Notes under the pieces: generated by a model
What the model was told of the DNA's origin: nothing
Seen by the model: only the letters and a program-made list of their open reading frames with translations
Database searches by the model: none
Assembly: GCA_963843965.1 (NCBI GenBank)
Contig: CAWJMR010000021.1
Span: 37,176 to 101,175 of the forward strand
Length of the DNA: 64,000 nucleotides
Direction of reading: 5' to 3'
Origin: an uncultured Gemmatimonadaceae bacterium
GTDB lineage: Bacteria > Gemmatimonadota > Gemmatimonadetes > Gemmatimonadales > Gemmatimonadaceae
In this document: positions 1 through 9,329 of the stretch, in pieces
How the letters are laid out: the number at the start of each line of letters is the position of its first letter
Position numbering within the stretch: position 1 is the first letter of the stretch
Translations under genes and position numbers: made by a program

Positions 1-483
1 TGGAACTGGAGCAACACCGTCACGCTGTTCCGGTACTTCCGTGTGTACGCGTTGCTCGACGCCAAGGCGGGCGGCTTCAACTTCAACCTGCAGGAGCGCA
101 ATCGCTGCCAGTCGCAGGACAACTGCTCGCGCACCAACAACCCGCGCGCGCGGTTCCCGCAGACGGCGGCTGACACGATTCTCTTCAAGGAGCTGGCGGT
201 GTACCGCAGTGCGTCCGTTTCGCCGGAGTGGATCGAGTCGACCGACTTCATCAAGCTGCGCGAGGTATCGGTCTCGGTGGATGTGCCGCGCAACTGGGCC
301 ACGGCGCTTCGCGCGCAGGGTGCCTCGTTCACGCTTTCCGGACGAAACCTGGCGATCTGGTCGGATTACTCCGGCGCGGATCCCGAAGTCAACTCGTATG
401 GCGGACGCAACTTCGTGCGAGTGGACGCTTATGCCTTGCCGATGATGCGCCGCTTCACGGCCTCTGTAAACATCACGTACTGA
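1..483 (+). CDS. TonB-dependent receptor (SusC/RagA type), C-terminal fragment; 5' end outside window
   Basis: Frame 1 is open from base 1 (ORF track starts it at 43). Translation ...FIKLREVSVSVDVPRNWATALRAQGASFTLSGRNLAIWSDYSGADPEVN...ASVNITY looks like the C-terminal barrel of SusC-type receptors and ends in an aromatic residue. A SusD-like gene starts 15 nt downstream. Confidence 0.8.
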   Translation, partial: WNWSNTVTLFRYFRVYALLDAKAGGFNFNLQERNRCQSQDNCSRTNNPRARFPQTAADTILFKELAVYRSASVSPEWIESTDFIKLREVSVSVDVPRNWATALRAQGASFTLSGRNLAIWSDYSGADPEVNSYGGRNFVRVDAYALPMMRRFTASVNITY

Positions 484-498
484 CCGAGCGACGACACC

Positions 499-1821
499 AT
501 GACGAAATCAACTCCGTCCCGTCGCCGTCGCCTCGTATCGATTGCGACGTGCGCCCTGACGCTGGCCGCCGCGACGGCGTGCAATGACTTTCTCGTTGCC
601 GAGAACCCCGGCGCGGTGGAAGAGCCGGATGTCACCGATCCGGCCTATAGCACGCTGATCGCGAACGGACCGATCTACGCCTTCCAGCTGGCCTATACCG
701 ACGCGACCTACTGGAACGCGCAGTTCACCGACGAGCTGTACAATCGTGCCGTCTTCGTTGAAGAAGGACAGATCGACCGGCGTGATCTGTACAGCGACAT
801 GACGTACATCAACGCGTTCCTGTACGCGCCGCTGCAGCGGGCGCGTTACTCGGGCGAAGACGCCACGCGTCGTCTGAAGACGATTCTTGGCGACAGTGCC
901 ACTCGCGATCTGCGCGTGGCCCGCACCCTCGCGTATGCTGGCTACAGCTACGTGTATCTGGGCGAGACGATGTGCACCACGCCGATAGACCTTGGTGTGC
1001 CCAAGAGCACGTCCGAGATGATGGCGGACGCCATTGATCGCTTCAACGAAGCGATCACGATCGGCAACGCGGCAAAGACGTTCCTGCAGGCCCAGTCGCC
1101 CGTGAATGCCAACGCGGTGCTGGCCACCGACTCGGTCATCAACTTCGCGCGCGTTGGCGCGGCCCGTGCGGCACTGAACCGCAACGACAAGACGGCGGCC
1201 GTCGCTTTCGCGAGTGTCGTGCCCGCGGCCTTCGATTTCCGTGCGTACTACACGGACAACACGACAGGTCAGCGGAACCGGACGTACGAGCGGCTGTTGC
1301 TGGGCAGCAATGCCTACATGCTCAATACGCCGTTCAACGACATGGCGGCCGACCCACGCGTTCCGCGTATCACGACGCCGGCGTCGCGGGCCACCACGCC
1401 ACTGGCGCCGTCGTCGTACAGCACGTTCACCAACACGGTGGCCGGCGGGGCCTTCGCGCCGGTGATGTCGGTGCGGTTGGCATCGGGATTGGAAGCGCAG
1501 TACATCGTGGCAGAAGCGCAGGGGCCGACGGCGGCGACGCTCACGTTCGTGAACCTGCGTCGCGCGGCCGGTCTGCAGGCGCCGGTATCGCTCACGGGTG
1601 ATGCGTTGATGGCGGAATTGCGCGATCAGCGCAGCCGCGACTTCTATCTCGACGGGCACCGGTTGGGTGACCTGCGTCGGTACAAGCAGTACTACAACGT
1701 CGATCTCTTCCCGAAGGGTGCCTATCCTGGCAGTACCTCGGGTCAGGTCTACAACGAGACCATCTCCTGCTGGCCGTTGCCGACCAACGAAATCAACGCG
1801 AATCCGAACATTCCGAAGTAA
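499..1821 (+). CDS. SusD/RagB-family outer-membrane lipoprotein
   Basis: 440 aa. Lipoprotein-type signal (...LTLAAATAC) followed by NDFLVAENPGAVEEP, typical of SusD/RagB N-termini. Sits directly downstream of the SusC-like gene. Confidence 0.8.
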   Translation: MTKSTPSRRRRLVSIATCALTLAAATACNDFLVAENPGAVEEPDVTDPAYSTLIANGPIYAFQLAYTDATYWNAQFTDELYNRAVFVEEGQIDRRDLYSDMTYINAFLYAPLQRARYSGEDATRRLKTILGDSATRDLRVARTLAYAGYSYVYLGETMCTTPIDLGVPKSTSEMMADAIDRFNEAITIGNAAKTFLQAQSPVNANAVLATDSVINFARVGAARAALNRNDKTAAVAFASVVPAAFDFRAYYTDNTTGQRNRTYERLLLGSNAYMLNTPFNDMAADPRVPRITTPASRATTPLAPSSYSTFTNTVAGGAFAPVMSVRLASGLEAQYIVAEAQGPTAATLTFVNLRRAAGLQAPVSLTGDALMAELRDQRSRDFYLDGHRLGDLRRYKQYYNVDLFPKGAYPGSTSGQVYNETISCWPLPTNEINANPNIPK

Positions 1822-1918
1822 GCGGCAGTCGCCGCTGTGCCCCATGCACCGCATTGGCCGTATCGGTCGATGCGGTGCATGTTTTTTGTCCCCGCCTTCT
1901 TCCCACGCACACGCTGCC

Positions 1919-4900
1919 ATGCCTCCGCGACTCCGATTCTCCGGCGCTGCACCATTCGGTCGTGCTACACGCCATGCGGCGGGCGCGATCATCGTCGCTG
2001 CGGCGGCCTCGCTCAACGCCGAAGCGTTGGCGGCGCAACCCGCTACGAGTGAAGCGCCCGCCCGCGCTCCGTGGGATGTCACAGCAGCGCGTGGCACCAC
2101 ACGCGATGTCGATTTCACCACGAGCGAAGGCACGTGGATGTCGGCCGATCTCTCGCCCGATGGGAGCTGGATCGTGTTCGACTTGCTGGGCCATGTGTAC
2201 CGCATGCCGAGCAGTGGCGGTGCGGCCACGGTGCTCACCCAGAACACCGGCGTGGCACTCAACTTCCAGCCGCGGATCTCGCCAGACGGCAAAACGATCG
2301 CCTTCATCACCGATCGGCGCGGCCAGTACAATCTCTGGGTCATGAATGCCGACGGCAGCAATCCGCGCGCCGTGTTCACCGATCTCAACGCCACGGCCTT
2401 CGAGCCCGCGTGGACCCCCGACGGCCGGTTTATCGTGGTCCGCAAAGGCGGACGGGGCGGTGGGGAAGGCGCTGCACCTGCTGGCGGCCTGTGGATGTAC
2501 CACAAGGACGGCGGCACCGGCGTCCCGCTCGTGGCCGCCGGAACGGCCGGTGTGAACGGAGCACCCGCCTGGCCCTCGGTGTCGGCCGACGGAAAGTACC
2601 TGTTCTATCAGGTGTCGATGCCGGTCGTGCCGCGTGAGCCGCTGGGGGGCTCGATGCAGTTGCGGCGCTTCACCTTCGCTGACGGTGAAATACTCGACAT
2701 CACCAACGGCGAAAGCGGCGATGCGGCCGCGTCCCGCTTCTCGAGCGGCGGTGGGGCCGCGCCGGAGATCTCGCCCGACGGGCGCTACCTCGCCTTCGCA
2801 CGACAGATCCCCGACGGCACGCTCGAGTTCAAGGGACATCTGTTCGGGCCGCGCACCGCGCTCTGGCTGCGCGATCTCAAGACCGGCGCCGAACGGTTGC
2901 TGATGGATCCGATCGATCCGATGGTGGCGAGCGGCTCGAAGACGTTGGGCGTGTTGCCGCGCTACAAGTGGGCGGCCGATGGCAAGTCGATCGTGCTGGC
3001 GCAGGGCGGCCAGCTGCGTCGGGTGGATGTGGCGACCCGTGCCGTGGCGACGATTCCGTTCACGGCGACGGTGCACCGCACGCTCTCGCAGATGGCCCGC
3101 AAGGAATTCCGCATCACCGACGATGCGGTGCAGGCGAAGTTCTTCCGCTGGCCGTCGTCGAGCCCCGATGGTCGCGTGATTGCCTTTCAGGCGCTTGGCC
3201 GCATTCACCTCCAGGATGGTGCCACCGGCGCGCCACGTCGTGTCACCCCGGCGAGCTTTGGTCCATTGGAGTTCGCGCCGGCCTGGAGTCCCGATGGCCG
3301 CAGTATCGCGTTCGTGACGTGGGATGATTCCTCACGTGGTCACGTGTGGACCGTGCCCGCGGCGGGCGGCGCCCCGAAGCGTTTGTCGCGCGAGCCCGGT
3401 GACTACACCGATCCCACGTGGACCGCCGACGGTCGTAGCGTGATTGTGGCGCGCGGCGAAGGCGCGACGGCCCGCGGACGCACGATGACGCACAACGTGT
3501 GGTACGACATCACGCGCTTCGATGCGAATGCGCCGGCGGTTGGCGACACCGGTCGCGCCATCGCCCTCATCAACCGCCCGTCTGGTGTGTCGGTGGGCGG
3601 CGAAGCACGTCGGCAGTTGCCCCGTCCGTCGGTGGGGCCCGATGGACGCGTGTTCTGGCCGGAGCAGCGCGCCGGCGGGAATGGGCGCGCGAGTGGCACC
3701 ACGCTCCGCTCGGTGAAGCTCGACGGCTCCGATCTGCAGGATCATCTCACGTTCCCGAATGCCGACGAAATCCTGCCGTCACCGAACGGCAGTTACGTGG
3801 CGTTTCAGGAAGGCGACAACGTGTATCTCACGCCGATGGTGTGGGGCGGCATCGGCAGTGCGGTGCCGCGCGTGGAGAAGCGCCGCGGACAGTTGCCGGT
3901 TACGCAGCTCACGCGCGACGGCGGCTTGTTTCCGCGCTGGCGTGACAGCCTCACGCTGGAGTATTCCAACGGCGCCGCGTACTACGTACACCACGTCGCG
4001 AGTGGAAAGACCGACACGCTCACGCTCAAGCTGTCGGCGCCGCGCGCCGTGCCCACCGGCACGATCGCGATCACGAATGCCCGCATCATCACGCTCAACA
4101 AGCGCGCGGTGATCGAGTCCGGCACGATCCTCGTGAAGGGAAGCCGCATCGCCTGCGTCGGCACGTGCAGCACGGCCGGCGTCGATCGCGTGATCGACGC
4201 CGCGGGGAAGACGATCATCCCCGGACTCGTCGACATGCATTCGCACCACTATCGCGAGTGGCGCGGCATGCGTCCGCGTCACGACTTCGAACAGGCGATC
4301 TATCTCGCCTACGGCGTCACGACGACGATGGACGTGTCGATGTACAGCCAGAACATGTTCCCCACGGCCGAATTGATCGAGGTCGGCGAGATCGTCGGAC
4401 CGCGCGGTTTCAGCACCGGCGACAACATCACTGCCGGTGACGCCGCGCGTGCGAACGAGATCAACAGCCCGCGTGACGCGCTCGCGATGGTGACCAAGAT
4501 GGCGGGCTGGGGCGCGACGTCGATCAAGCAGTACGCGCAGCCGCGCCGCGATCAGCGGCAGTGGACCGCCGAGGCCGCACGGACGGTGGGCACCAATCTC
4601 ACGTCCGAAGGCGGATTCTTCTTCGAAGACCTCGGCTTCATCATGGACGGGCAGACGGGGTGGGAGCACTCGTTCAGCGAAGTCCCGATGTACGGTGATG
4701 GCGCCAAGTTCCTCGGCAAGGCGGGCGCGACCTACTCACCGACGCTCGTCGTGGCGGGCCCGAGTGCCTGGAGTATCGAATACTGGTTTCAGGAATCGGA
4801 CGTCTGGAAGGATCCGAAGCAGCGCAAATGGTTCCCCTGGCGCGCGTTAGTGCCTGATACGCGCGTGCGCACGCTCCGCCCGAAGACCGACTATTCCTAT

Positions 4901-5335
4901 CCGCTGGTCGCGCAGTCGATGGCAGATATCATCGCCGAAGGCGGCTGGGGCGCGCTCGGCAGCCATGGTGAGCACCATGGCCTTGCACCGCACTGGGAGC
5001 TCTGGATGGGCGCGTCGGCGCTCGGCAATCACGGCGCGCTCGAGGTGGCGTCGCTGCACGGGGCGCGATTCCTCGGCGCCGACAAGGACATCGGGAGTAT
5101 TGAGGTCGGGAAACTGGCTGATCTCGTGATTCTCAACGCCAATCCCCTCGAGAACATCCGCGCCACCGCCGACGCGAAATTCGTCATGAAGGGCGGCACG
5201 TTGTACGACGCAATGTCACTCGATCAGCTCTGGCCTAGGACCGTACCGTTCGGACCGACCTATTGGGTGAACGACGACATGCTGCAGAACAACACCAAGC
5301 GGACCGACGTTTTTGACCGTGACAAACGACCGTAA
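1919..5335 (+). CDS. Secreted amidohydrolase with N-terminal TolB-like beta-propeller repeats
   Basis: ORF 1667..5335 overlaps the SusD-like gene; the first in-frame ATG after its stop is 1919 (MPPRLRF..., signal-like AAAASLNAEALAAQ). The N-terminal half has repeated SPDG-x-x-(I/V)(A/V)F blades as in TolB/WD40-like propellers. The C-terminal part has the amidohydrolase metal motif PGLVDMHSHH. Confidence 0.8.
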   Translation: MPPRLRFSGAAPFGRATRHAAGAIIVAAAASLNAEALAAQPATSEAPARAPWDVTAARGTTRDVDFTTSEGTWMSADLSPDGSWIVFDLLGHVYRMPSSGGAATVLTQNTGVALNFQPRISPDGKTIAFITDRRGQYNLWVMNADGSNPRAVFTDLNATAFEPAWTPDGRFIVVRKGGRGGGEGAAPAGGLWMYHKDGGTGVPLVAAGTAGVNGAPAWPSVSADGKYLFYQVSMPVVPREPLGGSMQLRRFTFADGEILDITNGESGDAAASRFSSGGGAAPEISPDGRYLAFARQIPDGTLEFKGHLFGPRTALWLRDLKTGAERLLMDPIDPMVASGSKTLGVLPRYKWAADGKSIVLAQGGQLRRVDVATRAVATIPFTATVHRTLSQMARKEFRITDDAVQAKFFRWPSSSPDGRVIAFQALGRIHLQDGATGAPRRVTPASFGPLEFAPAWSPDGRSIAFVTWDDSSRGHVWTVPAAGGAPKRLSREPGDYTDPTWTADGRSVIVARGEGATARGRTMTHNVWYDITRFDANAPAVGDTGRAIALINRPSGVSVGGEARRQLPRPSVGPDGRVFWPEQRAGGNGRASGTTLRSVKLDGSDLQDHLTFPNADEILPSPNGSYVAFQEGDNVYLTPMVWGGIGSAVPRVEKRRGQLPVTQLTRDGGLFPRWRDSLTLEYSNGAAYYVHHVASGKTDTLTLKLSAPRAVPTGTIAITNARIITLNKRAVIESGTILVKGSRIACVGTCSTAGVDRVIDAAGKTIIPGLVDMHSHHYREWRGMRPRHDFEQAIYLAYGVTTTMDVSMYSQNMFPTAELIEVGEIVGPRGFSTGDNITAGDAARANEINSPRDALAMVTKMAGWGATSIKQYAQPRRDQRQWTAEAARTVGTNLTSEGGFFFEDLGFIMDGQTGWEHSFSEVPMYGDGAKFLGKAGATYSPTLVVAGPSAWSIEYWFQESDVWKDPKQRKWFPWRALVPDTRVRTLRPKTDYSYPLVAQSMADIIAEGGWGALGSHGEHHGLAPHWELWMGASALGNHGALEVASLHGARFLGADKDIGSIEVGKLADLVILNANPLENIRATADAKFVMKGGTLYDAMSLDQLWPRTVPFGPTYWVNDDMLQNNTKRTDVFDRDKRP

Positions 5336-5493
5336 CTATCGGGATTACCGGTGTACCACGTCAGCGGGAAGCGCGGCCGGCGCGTATTCCTTGCACTGGG
5401 GCTATCGCCGAGTTCGGTGTTCCTGCGATAGTTCATATGTATCGGCGCGCCGTTGCTGCGCTTTCCCGCCCTCGTTTTCAGGTCATTTCCTGC

Positions 5494-6513
5494 ATGGCTG
5501 AGTTGCTCCAGTCCCGCACGTTGGAGGTCCCTCGTTCGGAGTGGACCGCGATCGTTGCCAAGTATGCCGGTGCGGATGTCCGTCGCGCCTTGTGGCAAGT
5601 GGTGAACACGCTCGTGCCGTTGTTCGCGTTGTTGTGGGCGATGTACTACTTCCTCGATGTCGCTCCGTGGGTGACGGCGCTGCTCGTGCTTCCGGGTGCG
5701 GGCTTGCTGGTGCGCACGTTCATCATCATGCACGACTGCGCGCATTCGTCGTTCCTGCCGTGGCCCAAGGTGAACGACGCGCTGGGCTTCGTGACGGGCG
5801 TGATGACGCTGACGCCGTTCGCGCAGTGGCGCCGCGACCATGCGTTGCATCATGCCTCGTCGGGCGATCTCGATCGTCGCGGGCATGGTGACGTGCCCAC
5901 GATCACGGTGAAGGAATATCTCGAGCGCGATGCGCGTGGCCGACTGATCTACCGCCTCATTCGTCATCCGCTGTCGCTCATGCTCGTCGGTCCGTTGCAT
6001 CTCATGCTGAATCAGCGCTTCCGTGGTCGCAGCAAGGCCACGAAAACGAAGCAGCTGTACAGCGTGTGGTACACGAATCTGGCGATCGCCGCCGCGATCA
6101 CCGTGTCGATTCTGCTCTGGGGTCCGCGCGCGTTCCTGCTGGTGTATCTGCCGTGCATGTACGTGGCCGCCGCCGCCGGTATCTGGCTGTTCTACGTGCA
6201 GCACCAGTTCGAGGACGCGTACTGGGAAACGCATGAAGAATGGGATTACGCGACCGCCGCGATCACGGGCAGCTCGCACCTGCGTCTTCATCCGATCCTG
6301 CAGTGGTTCACCGGCAGCATCGGGTTGCACCATGTGCACCACATCGGTCCGAAGATTCCGAACTTCCGGCTGCAGGAAGCGCACGACGACAATCCGATCT
6401 TCGAGGCCGCGCCCATGATGACGATCGGGATGGGCGTGAAGGCGCTGCGCCTGGCGCTGTACGACGAAGACACGAAGCGCCTGGTGCGCTTCAGCGACGT
6501 TCAGGCGGCGTAA
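5494..6513 (+). CDS. Membrane fatty-acid desaturase
   Basis: Three histidine boxes (HDCAHSSF, HALHHASSG, HHVHH) and hydrophobic segments. ORF track starts at 5437; the ATG at 5494 (MAELLQ...) seems the more likely start. Confidence 0.85.
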   Translation: MAELLQSRTLEVPRSEWTAIVAKYAGADVRRALWQVVNTLVPLFALLWAMYYFLDVAPWVTALLVLPGAGLLVRTFIIMHDCAHSSFLPWPKVNDALGFVTGVMTLTPFAQWRRDHALHHASSGDLDRRGHGDVPTITVKEYLERDARGRLIYRLIRHPLSLMLVGPLHLMLNQRFRGRSKATKTKQLYSVWYTNLAIAAAITVSILLWGPRAFLLVYLPCMYVAAAAGIWLFYVQHQFEDAYWETHEEWDYATAAITGSSHLRLHPILQWFTGSIGLHHVHHIGPKIPNFRLQEAHDDNPIFEAAPMMTIGMGVKALRLALYDEDTKRLVRFSDVQAA

Positions 6514-6546
6514 CACCGTGATGCAAGCCAACGCGGGAGCCTCGAC

Positions 6547-7260
6547 GTGAAATTGCTCCGCGCGTTGGCTGTTGTGCTCGCGGTGGCCGGCATCGTGATG
6601 CTGGCCGCATCGGGTCTTGGCGTGCGCTTCGGTGTGTGGCATTACCGCACCGGGCTCTCGATGCTGCGCTACTCCGCCTACGTGGGCGTGGCGGCCGGCA
6701 TTGCGTGCGTGCTCGCGCTGCTGGTGACACGGCGCAGCGGCGGCAGTCGTGTGGCATTGGTGTTCGGCCTGCTGCTGGCAGGCGTCACCTTCGGCGTGCC
6801 GTACCGCTTCTCGCAGACCGCGAAGCAGGTGCCGCCGATTCATGACATCACGACGGACATGACGGACCCGCCGGCATTCGTGGCGGTCCTGCCGCTGCGA
6901 GCGTCGGCTACGAACTCCGCCGTGTATGCCGGCGACAGCATCGCGGTGCTGCAGAGGGCGGCGTACCCCGACGTGCAGCCGCTCATGCTCCCGGTGCCGC
7001 CGCTGGCTGCCTTCGAGCGTGCCGTCGCTGCCGCCAACGCCATGGGATGGGAGATCGTCGCCGGCGACTCGCCCAGCGGCCGCCTGGAAGCCACCGCCAC
7101 CACGACGTGGTTCGGCTTCAAGGATGACGTCGTCGTGCGTATCCGCGCCGAAAACGGCGGATCTCGCATCGATGTCCGATCGGTGTCGCGCGTGGGGCGC
7201 AGCGACGTGGGCGCGAACGCCGCACGGATTACGCGCTACCTGCGCGAGCTGCAGCGGTAA
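6547..7260 (+). CDS. DUF1499-like membrane protein
   Basis: 237 aa. N-terminal TM helices, then ...PPIHDITTDMTDPPAF...YPDVQPL...GWEIV...LEATATTTWFGFKDDVVVRI...SRIDVRSVSRVGRSDVGANAARI, which I recognise as the DUF1499 pattern (family call from memory). Confidence 0.55.
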   Translation: MKLLRALAVVLAVAGIVMLAASGLGVRFGVWHYRTGLSMLRYSAYVGVAAGIACVLALLVTRRSGGSRVALVFGLLLAGVTFGVPYRFSQTAKQVPPIHDITTDMTDPPAFVAVLPLRASATNSAVYAGDSIAVLQRAAYPDVQPLMLPVPPLAAFERAVAAANAMGWEIVAGDSPSGRLEATATTTWFGFKDDVVVRIRAENGGSRIDVRSVSRVGRSDVGANAARITRYLRELQR

Positions 7261-7293
7261 CTCCCTCCCCGCGAGCGCTCAGCCGGAGCGCGA

Positions 7294-8202
7294 TTAGCGC
7301 GAACGCGCGAGTGTGCTGAGTCCGGCTGGATCGACCGTGATGGTGCCGTAGCGCGCAATGAAGTGCAGATGCGGCCCCGTCACCCGACCCGTCGCACCAA
7401 CGCGTCCGATAGTGTCCCCGCGCGCGACGGTGTCGCCGACGGCCACCAGCTGTTTGCTGAGATGCAGATACGCGGTGACGAGTCCGTCGCCGTGATCCAG
7501 ATAGACGACGTTGCCGCCGAGCGTGAACGCATCCACGATGCGGACCACACCACGGTTGGCCGCACGCACTGGTGCCCCCACCGCGCCGGCGAAGTCGGTG
7601 CCCATATGACGACTGGTCACCGCACCGTTGAAGGTGCGACCACCGCCGAACGGACTGGTGATGCGCGACGGCCTCGGCGCGAGAAATGGCGACGACCACA
7701 GTCGCGGCGTGTTGTGCGCGTCGCGTGAGACCTTGGCGGCGCGCTCGGCCTCAACGCGCATGCGCTCGGCCGTGGCCGAATCGGGTGGAGCGCCGAAGCG
7801 CGGGGCGACGCGCAGGCGCTCGAGCTTGTAGCTCCCGGCCGCGGTGGGAATGCGCACGTTCCCGAATGCCTCGCCGCTGCAGGGCCACGCCATCGTGATG
7901 CCGCTGGTGGAATCGATCGGCACCGCCGCGATGGCGACGGCCGAGTCACCGACGACGCGGAAGTGCAGCGGTTCACCGGCAACGGTGGCGGTGAGTGCCG
8001 TCGTCAGCGCCGCGCGTGTGGCGGCCACGGTGCGCGCGGACGTCGTGACGCGAAAGAGCGAGCCGGCCTTCGGTGACGCCGGTTGCCAAGCGAAGTCGGA
8101 CGGTACCGGACAGTCTGTTGGGCGCGCACGTGACGCCGGGTCGATCGGGTGCCACAGCGCGACCAACAGCGCGGCGGTGTGCAGCGGGGCAGACACGTTC
8201 AC
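7294..8202 (-). CDS. M23/LytM-family metallopeptidase
   Basis: C-terminal ...HMGTDFAGAVGAPVRAANRGVV...VVYLDHGDGLVTAYLHLSK...GDTIGRVGATGRVTGPHLHF (HxxxD and HxH motifs). I place the start at GTG 8200-8202, which overlaps the upstream gene's TGA (GTGA) and gives a signal-like VNVSAPLHTAALLVALW. ORF track extends to 8325. Confidence 0.8.
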   Translation of the reverse strand: MNVSAPLHTAALLVALWHPIDPASRARPTDCPVPSDFAWQPASPKAGSLFRVTTSARTVAATRAALTTALTATVAGEPLHFRVVGDSAVAIAAVPIDSTSGITMAWPCSGEAFGNVRIPTAAGSYKLERLRVAPRFGAPPDSATAERMRVEAERAAKVSRDAHNTPRLWSSPFLAPRPSRITSPFGGGRTFNGAVTSRHMGTDFAGAVGAPVRAANRGVVRIVDAFTLGGNVVYLDHGDGLVTAYLHLSKQLVAVGDTVARGDTIGRVGATGRVTGPHLHFIARYGTITVDPAGLSTLARSR

Positions 8203-9329
8203 GACGACTCGTCGAAGGAGAGGACCGCGTGGGCGGCGCGCCAACCCGACGCCACAGCTCCATCCAGATACCCGCCACTCATCTCGGAGGTTTCCGCGCC
8301 GGCCCAGATCACGCGACCATTCCACGTCCCGGCGTTGAAGTGCGCGTGTCCGTAGTCGGGATGCGCTGACGGCGGCATCTCATCAAGTGGTCCGCAACTC
8401 AGCGGATCTCGCGTCCAGTCATACTCGGCGTAGCCGGTCGCCTCGAGGGCCTCGGGACCGAAGAGCCGCGCCAGTTGTGCCAGCACCGCCGCGCGTCGTT
8501 CCTCGAGACTCGCGTCGCGGAATGTCCGAGCGGCCGCCGTGGTGCGCGGTGCCACGAAGCCCATGAGCGCAGAGCCAGCCGGCGCTCCATTCTGCGGCGG
8601 CACGCAGGCGTCGTGAATTTCCTGCAACGGCCCGCCCCAGCTCACCGCGTACCCCGAGCGTCCCGCGCTGCGCCAGAACGGCGACTCGAACGTCACGACG
8701 CACTTCATCGCGTGCCCCATCCACGTAACCGTGTCCGCGAGCATTGCCTGCATCGCGTCGGCGAGCGGAGGCGCGAATGCGATGTCGCGCGCCACGACCC
8801 TCGGCGGCGCGGCGATCACGACGCGACGAACTGTCTCGCTGACGTTCTTTCCGTCGATGGTCACGCCGCCCGGTTGCAACGTGAGCGTGTGCACCGCCGA
8901 GTCGAGATGCACGGTGACGGGTGTGGGCGCAGCCTGACACGCCTCGTGCAGTGCGTGCGTAAGCGCCGACATGCCTCCGACCAGGCGGTACGCGGGGTCG
9001 GTCTGGCCCGATGCATCGAACGACTCCGGCGCGTGGCCGACGCCGGCCTCGTACCTCGCCATCCCGTCGCGATGCTGCGTGTACACCGGAATCGCGAGTC
9101 GGGCGACCAGCGCTCGCATGTGCTGCTGGTGCGGCCAGAACCACGCCGGGCCGAGATCAAGCCACGCGCGGTCGGCCAAGGGGGCGGCCTGTGTGCTCAC
9201 CACGCGGCCGCCAAGGCGCGATCTCGCCTCGAAGAGGGCTACGTGCTGTCCGGCGGCTGCGAGGCGCCACGCGGCCGTCAGGCCGGCGACGCCGCCACCG
9301 ATGACTGCGACGTCGATCGGGCGGGTCAG
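8199..9329 (-). CDS. FAD-dependent amine-oxidase-like oxidoreductase
   Basis: ORF track starts at GTG 9203, but the same frame stays open upstream and encodes the dinucleotide fold ...TRPIDVAVIGGGVAGLTAAWRLAAAGQHVALFEARSRLGGR. There is no ATG/GTG upstream in frame. A CTG at 9327-9329 overlaps the upstream TGA (CTGA). Confidence 0.7.
   Translation of the reverse strand: MTRPIDVAVIGGGVAGLTAAWRLAAAGQHVALFEARSRLGGRVVSTQAAPLADRAWLDLGPAWFWPHQQHMRALVARLAIPVYTQHRDGMARYEAGVGHAPESFDASGQTDPAYRLVGGMSALTHALHEACQAAPTPVTVHLDSAVHTLTLQPGGVTIDGKNVSETVRRVVIAAPPRVVARDIAFAPPLADAMQAMLADTVTWMGHAMKCVVTFESPFWRSAGRSGYAVSWGGPLQEIHDACVPPQNGAPAGSALMGFVAPRTTAAARTFRDASLEERRAAVLAQLARLFGPEALEATGYAEYDWTRDPLSCGPLDEMPPSAHPDYGHAHFNAGTWNGRVIWAGAETSEMSGGYLDGAVASGWRAAHAVLSFDESS

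Noticed and set aside
508-2517. Very long ORFs antisense to or out of frame with the called genes. Examples: 508..2517(-), 5260..6843(-), 12789..14192(-), 14924..15886(-), 19755..20921(+), 22088..23455(+), 23425..25569(+), 57843..60536(+).
   Set aside because: Their translations are Arg/Ala/Pro/Gly-rich low-complexity strings with no recognisable motifs. They fully overlap genes with strong family signatures. Stop-poor alternative frames are expected at this GC content.
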